This document shows, one piece after another, positions 62,051 to 64,000 of a DNA stretch of 64,000 bases. This DNA is from Glaucostegus cemiculus (taxonomy: Eukaryota), in assembly GCA_976551045.1 (NCBI GenBank), contig CDPCPM010000107.1:5642001-5706000 (forward strand), given 5' to 3'. Position 1 is the stretch's first letter. The number at the start of each line of letters is the position of its first letter. The translations under genes were made by a program, and so were the position numbers. The notes below the pieces were generated by a model that was given only the letters and a program-made list of their open reading frames with translations, was not told the origin of the DNA and ran no database searches.

Positions 62051-64000
62051 TTCTCTTTAAGTTTCTATTGGATCTGCATCCACTGTTCTTCAAAGTAATG
62101 ACTTTCAAATCTTTAACATGCATTGTGTTAAATTTTTGCCACATTATCTTAGTTGATTTTTCCAATTTGTCCTCCTCTTATCTACCTTTCAGCTGGTATT
62201 GATTCTACTTAAAACTTTTGATTTTAAATGCCTTTTTTCCCCCAATTTCCTCTCTAAAGAAACATCAGAACTGCAAACTCTCTCATCCCTCCATCTTCCT
62301 TTGTTAACACTAAGAGATGCTAGGTGCACAGAAATGCACCAGCACTTTAAATGCCCGACACCAGCCCGTTCACTTTAATAACTATTTATTTATTTACCGG
62401 CCATTTTTAATTTAATCTGCGTATTAATTTAATTTTAACTTCCATAGTTTTTAATGTTTAATGTTTTTTAATGTTTATTCTGTTAAGTGTGTCTGTGTGT
62501 CTCTGTTGGTTGTTATTTAATGGGACGAGCACCTGAGGAGGACGGTATCTCGCTCCTATGCATACTATGTATGTATATGGTTGTGACAATAAAACTGATT
62601 CTGATTCTGATTCTCTAGCTTATCCACAAAACTAAACTCCGTCTTCAAGTAAATATTATGTAGTTCTTCCTGAAGTTTGGCTCCCAGAACATCCTTTTCT
62701 TTCTATCTACATTTATCTCAACTAGTATCCTCATTTATCACAGCCTTGGCATATCCTTTTCTTTGGTTTGCCTCCACAAATAGATTTCCATTTTAGTCCT
62801 AGTCATTCTGCCATTCCTCCGATAATCCTTTTACTATTAATATGCTTACAGAAGACCTTTGAATTCCCTTTTGTGTGATGTGCTAATTTTTATTTTTTTT
62901 TTTTTCTCTCTCTTTTTGCTAATCTATTCTCACACTTTGCATCTCCTATTTCCCTTTCCACCTCTCCTTTGTGTGTTTTTGTTCTCATCCAAATATTCTC
63001 TTATATCAGCAAGTCGAAATCTGCCATACACAGCCTCAATCCAGGTTGTTGTACTCTCCTACACCTTTGCTATCAGTGTACCACTAGCTCCAGTTTCCTC
63101 CCCATTGCCCCTTGTAGAAATGTTCATGACAATGCCCAAACCAATTTTTCTTTCAAAGCTGCCGTTACATTTTTCATCGGCAGTCTATTCCAGGAGAGAT
63201 CTTTTTTCAGTTTGAGGAAATTAGCCTGCCTTTGGTTAAGTATTTTTTTATTCTAGTCTGTTCCTTATTCTTTTTTAAATCCAGACCTTATAGTAATTCC
63301 TGCAATTCACTGGATGCTGCTAATTTAGAAAATAATCAGGCAAATATTGCCATCTTGAAGAGGCCATTATAGCCAGGTTAATGTTTCCACGGTGAACATC
63401 TTTGGTTTTATAGTCGGCGATGGAGGGAAATGGTTCCACGATGATGACCATACAGTGGAATTTCCGGGGATTGCTAAATTCATACCTTTTACTTCACGAG
63501 TTTCAAGGACCGTTTTATTAAACACTATTATACTTTTTAGATTGTTAATGGATTTTTCCCATGTTTAGGTTTATTTATTCTTGCTTGTTTATTAGTTTTT
63601 ATAAGTGTCGATTTTCTTTTTGTTTTAATTCACATTCCAGTTGTATTTTTTTTGTAATGTTTTAACTAGTGTAATAAATTATGTTTTTTTGTGTGTTTTG
63701 ACCCATCAAATTATGTGATTAACAGATGAAATAAGCCCTGGCTCTTCTATCGGTGATTCTCCATTATGGTGCCTGTCCCTTTGTTAGACCAAGGGGAATA
63801 GTCTAGAATTTGGTACGAGTCTTTCTGGAGTACAATTGGGAAATACTTCGGCACAAAAGGTGACAGAAGTTTAGACCCTTTTTAGACAAAGCACTTTGTT
63901 AACTTCAAGTGTGAAATTTAGCTGGGTATCTAGAGTTGAATCACAGAATCCATTCAATGGCAGAGCAGAGTGAGGGAGGTGAATGGCCAACTCTATTCCT

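Noticed and set aside
1-64000. Prokaryotic-type systems (CRISPR array, operons, defence islands)
   Set aside because: No regularly spaced repeat-spacer array and no gene-dense ORF structure; the DNA is vertebrate repeat-rich non-coding sequence.

Overview
Eukaryotic (vertebrate) non-coding DNA, AT-rich and CpG-poor, dense in decayed transposable elements. The repeat mix (CR1 and Rex1/Babar LINEs, V-SINEs, Deu-domain SINEs, Penelope-like pseudo-LTRs, Tx1-type L1, RTE, PIF/Harbinger) is typical of a cartilaginous fish, probably a ray or shark; that assignment is an inference. I recognise no intact host protein-coding gene, tRNA, rRNA or CRISPR array. Almost all listed ORFs are TE fragments or chance ORFs. 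Clear content: a deleted class I endogenous retrovirus (1-1560), many truncated LINEs, a fossil two-ORF Harbinger transposon (22.3-24.9 kb), two Tc1/mariner-type MITEs, and a Penelope element with inverted arms whose repeats carry minimal hammerhead ribozyme motifs. Leads for follow-up: a tandemly duplicated 37-nt candidate micro-exon (40.1-40.8 kb), a ZNF143/ETS promoter-like cluster with a splice donor (21.2 kb), a minus-strand bias of LINEs downstream of it, a 147-nt candidate exon (56.8 kb), a CTCF site and a GATA/E-box cluster. None of these is demonstrated to be a new system. All calls were made by eye and most boundaries are approximate.
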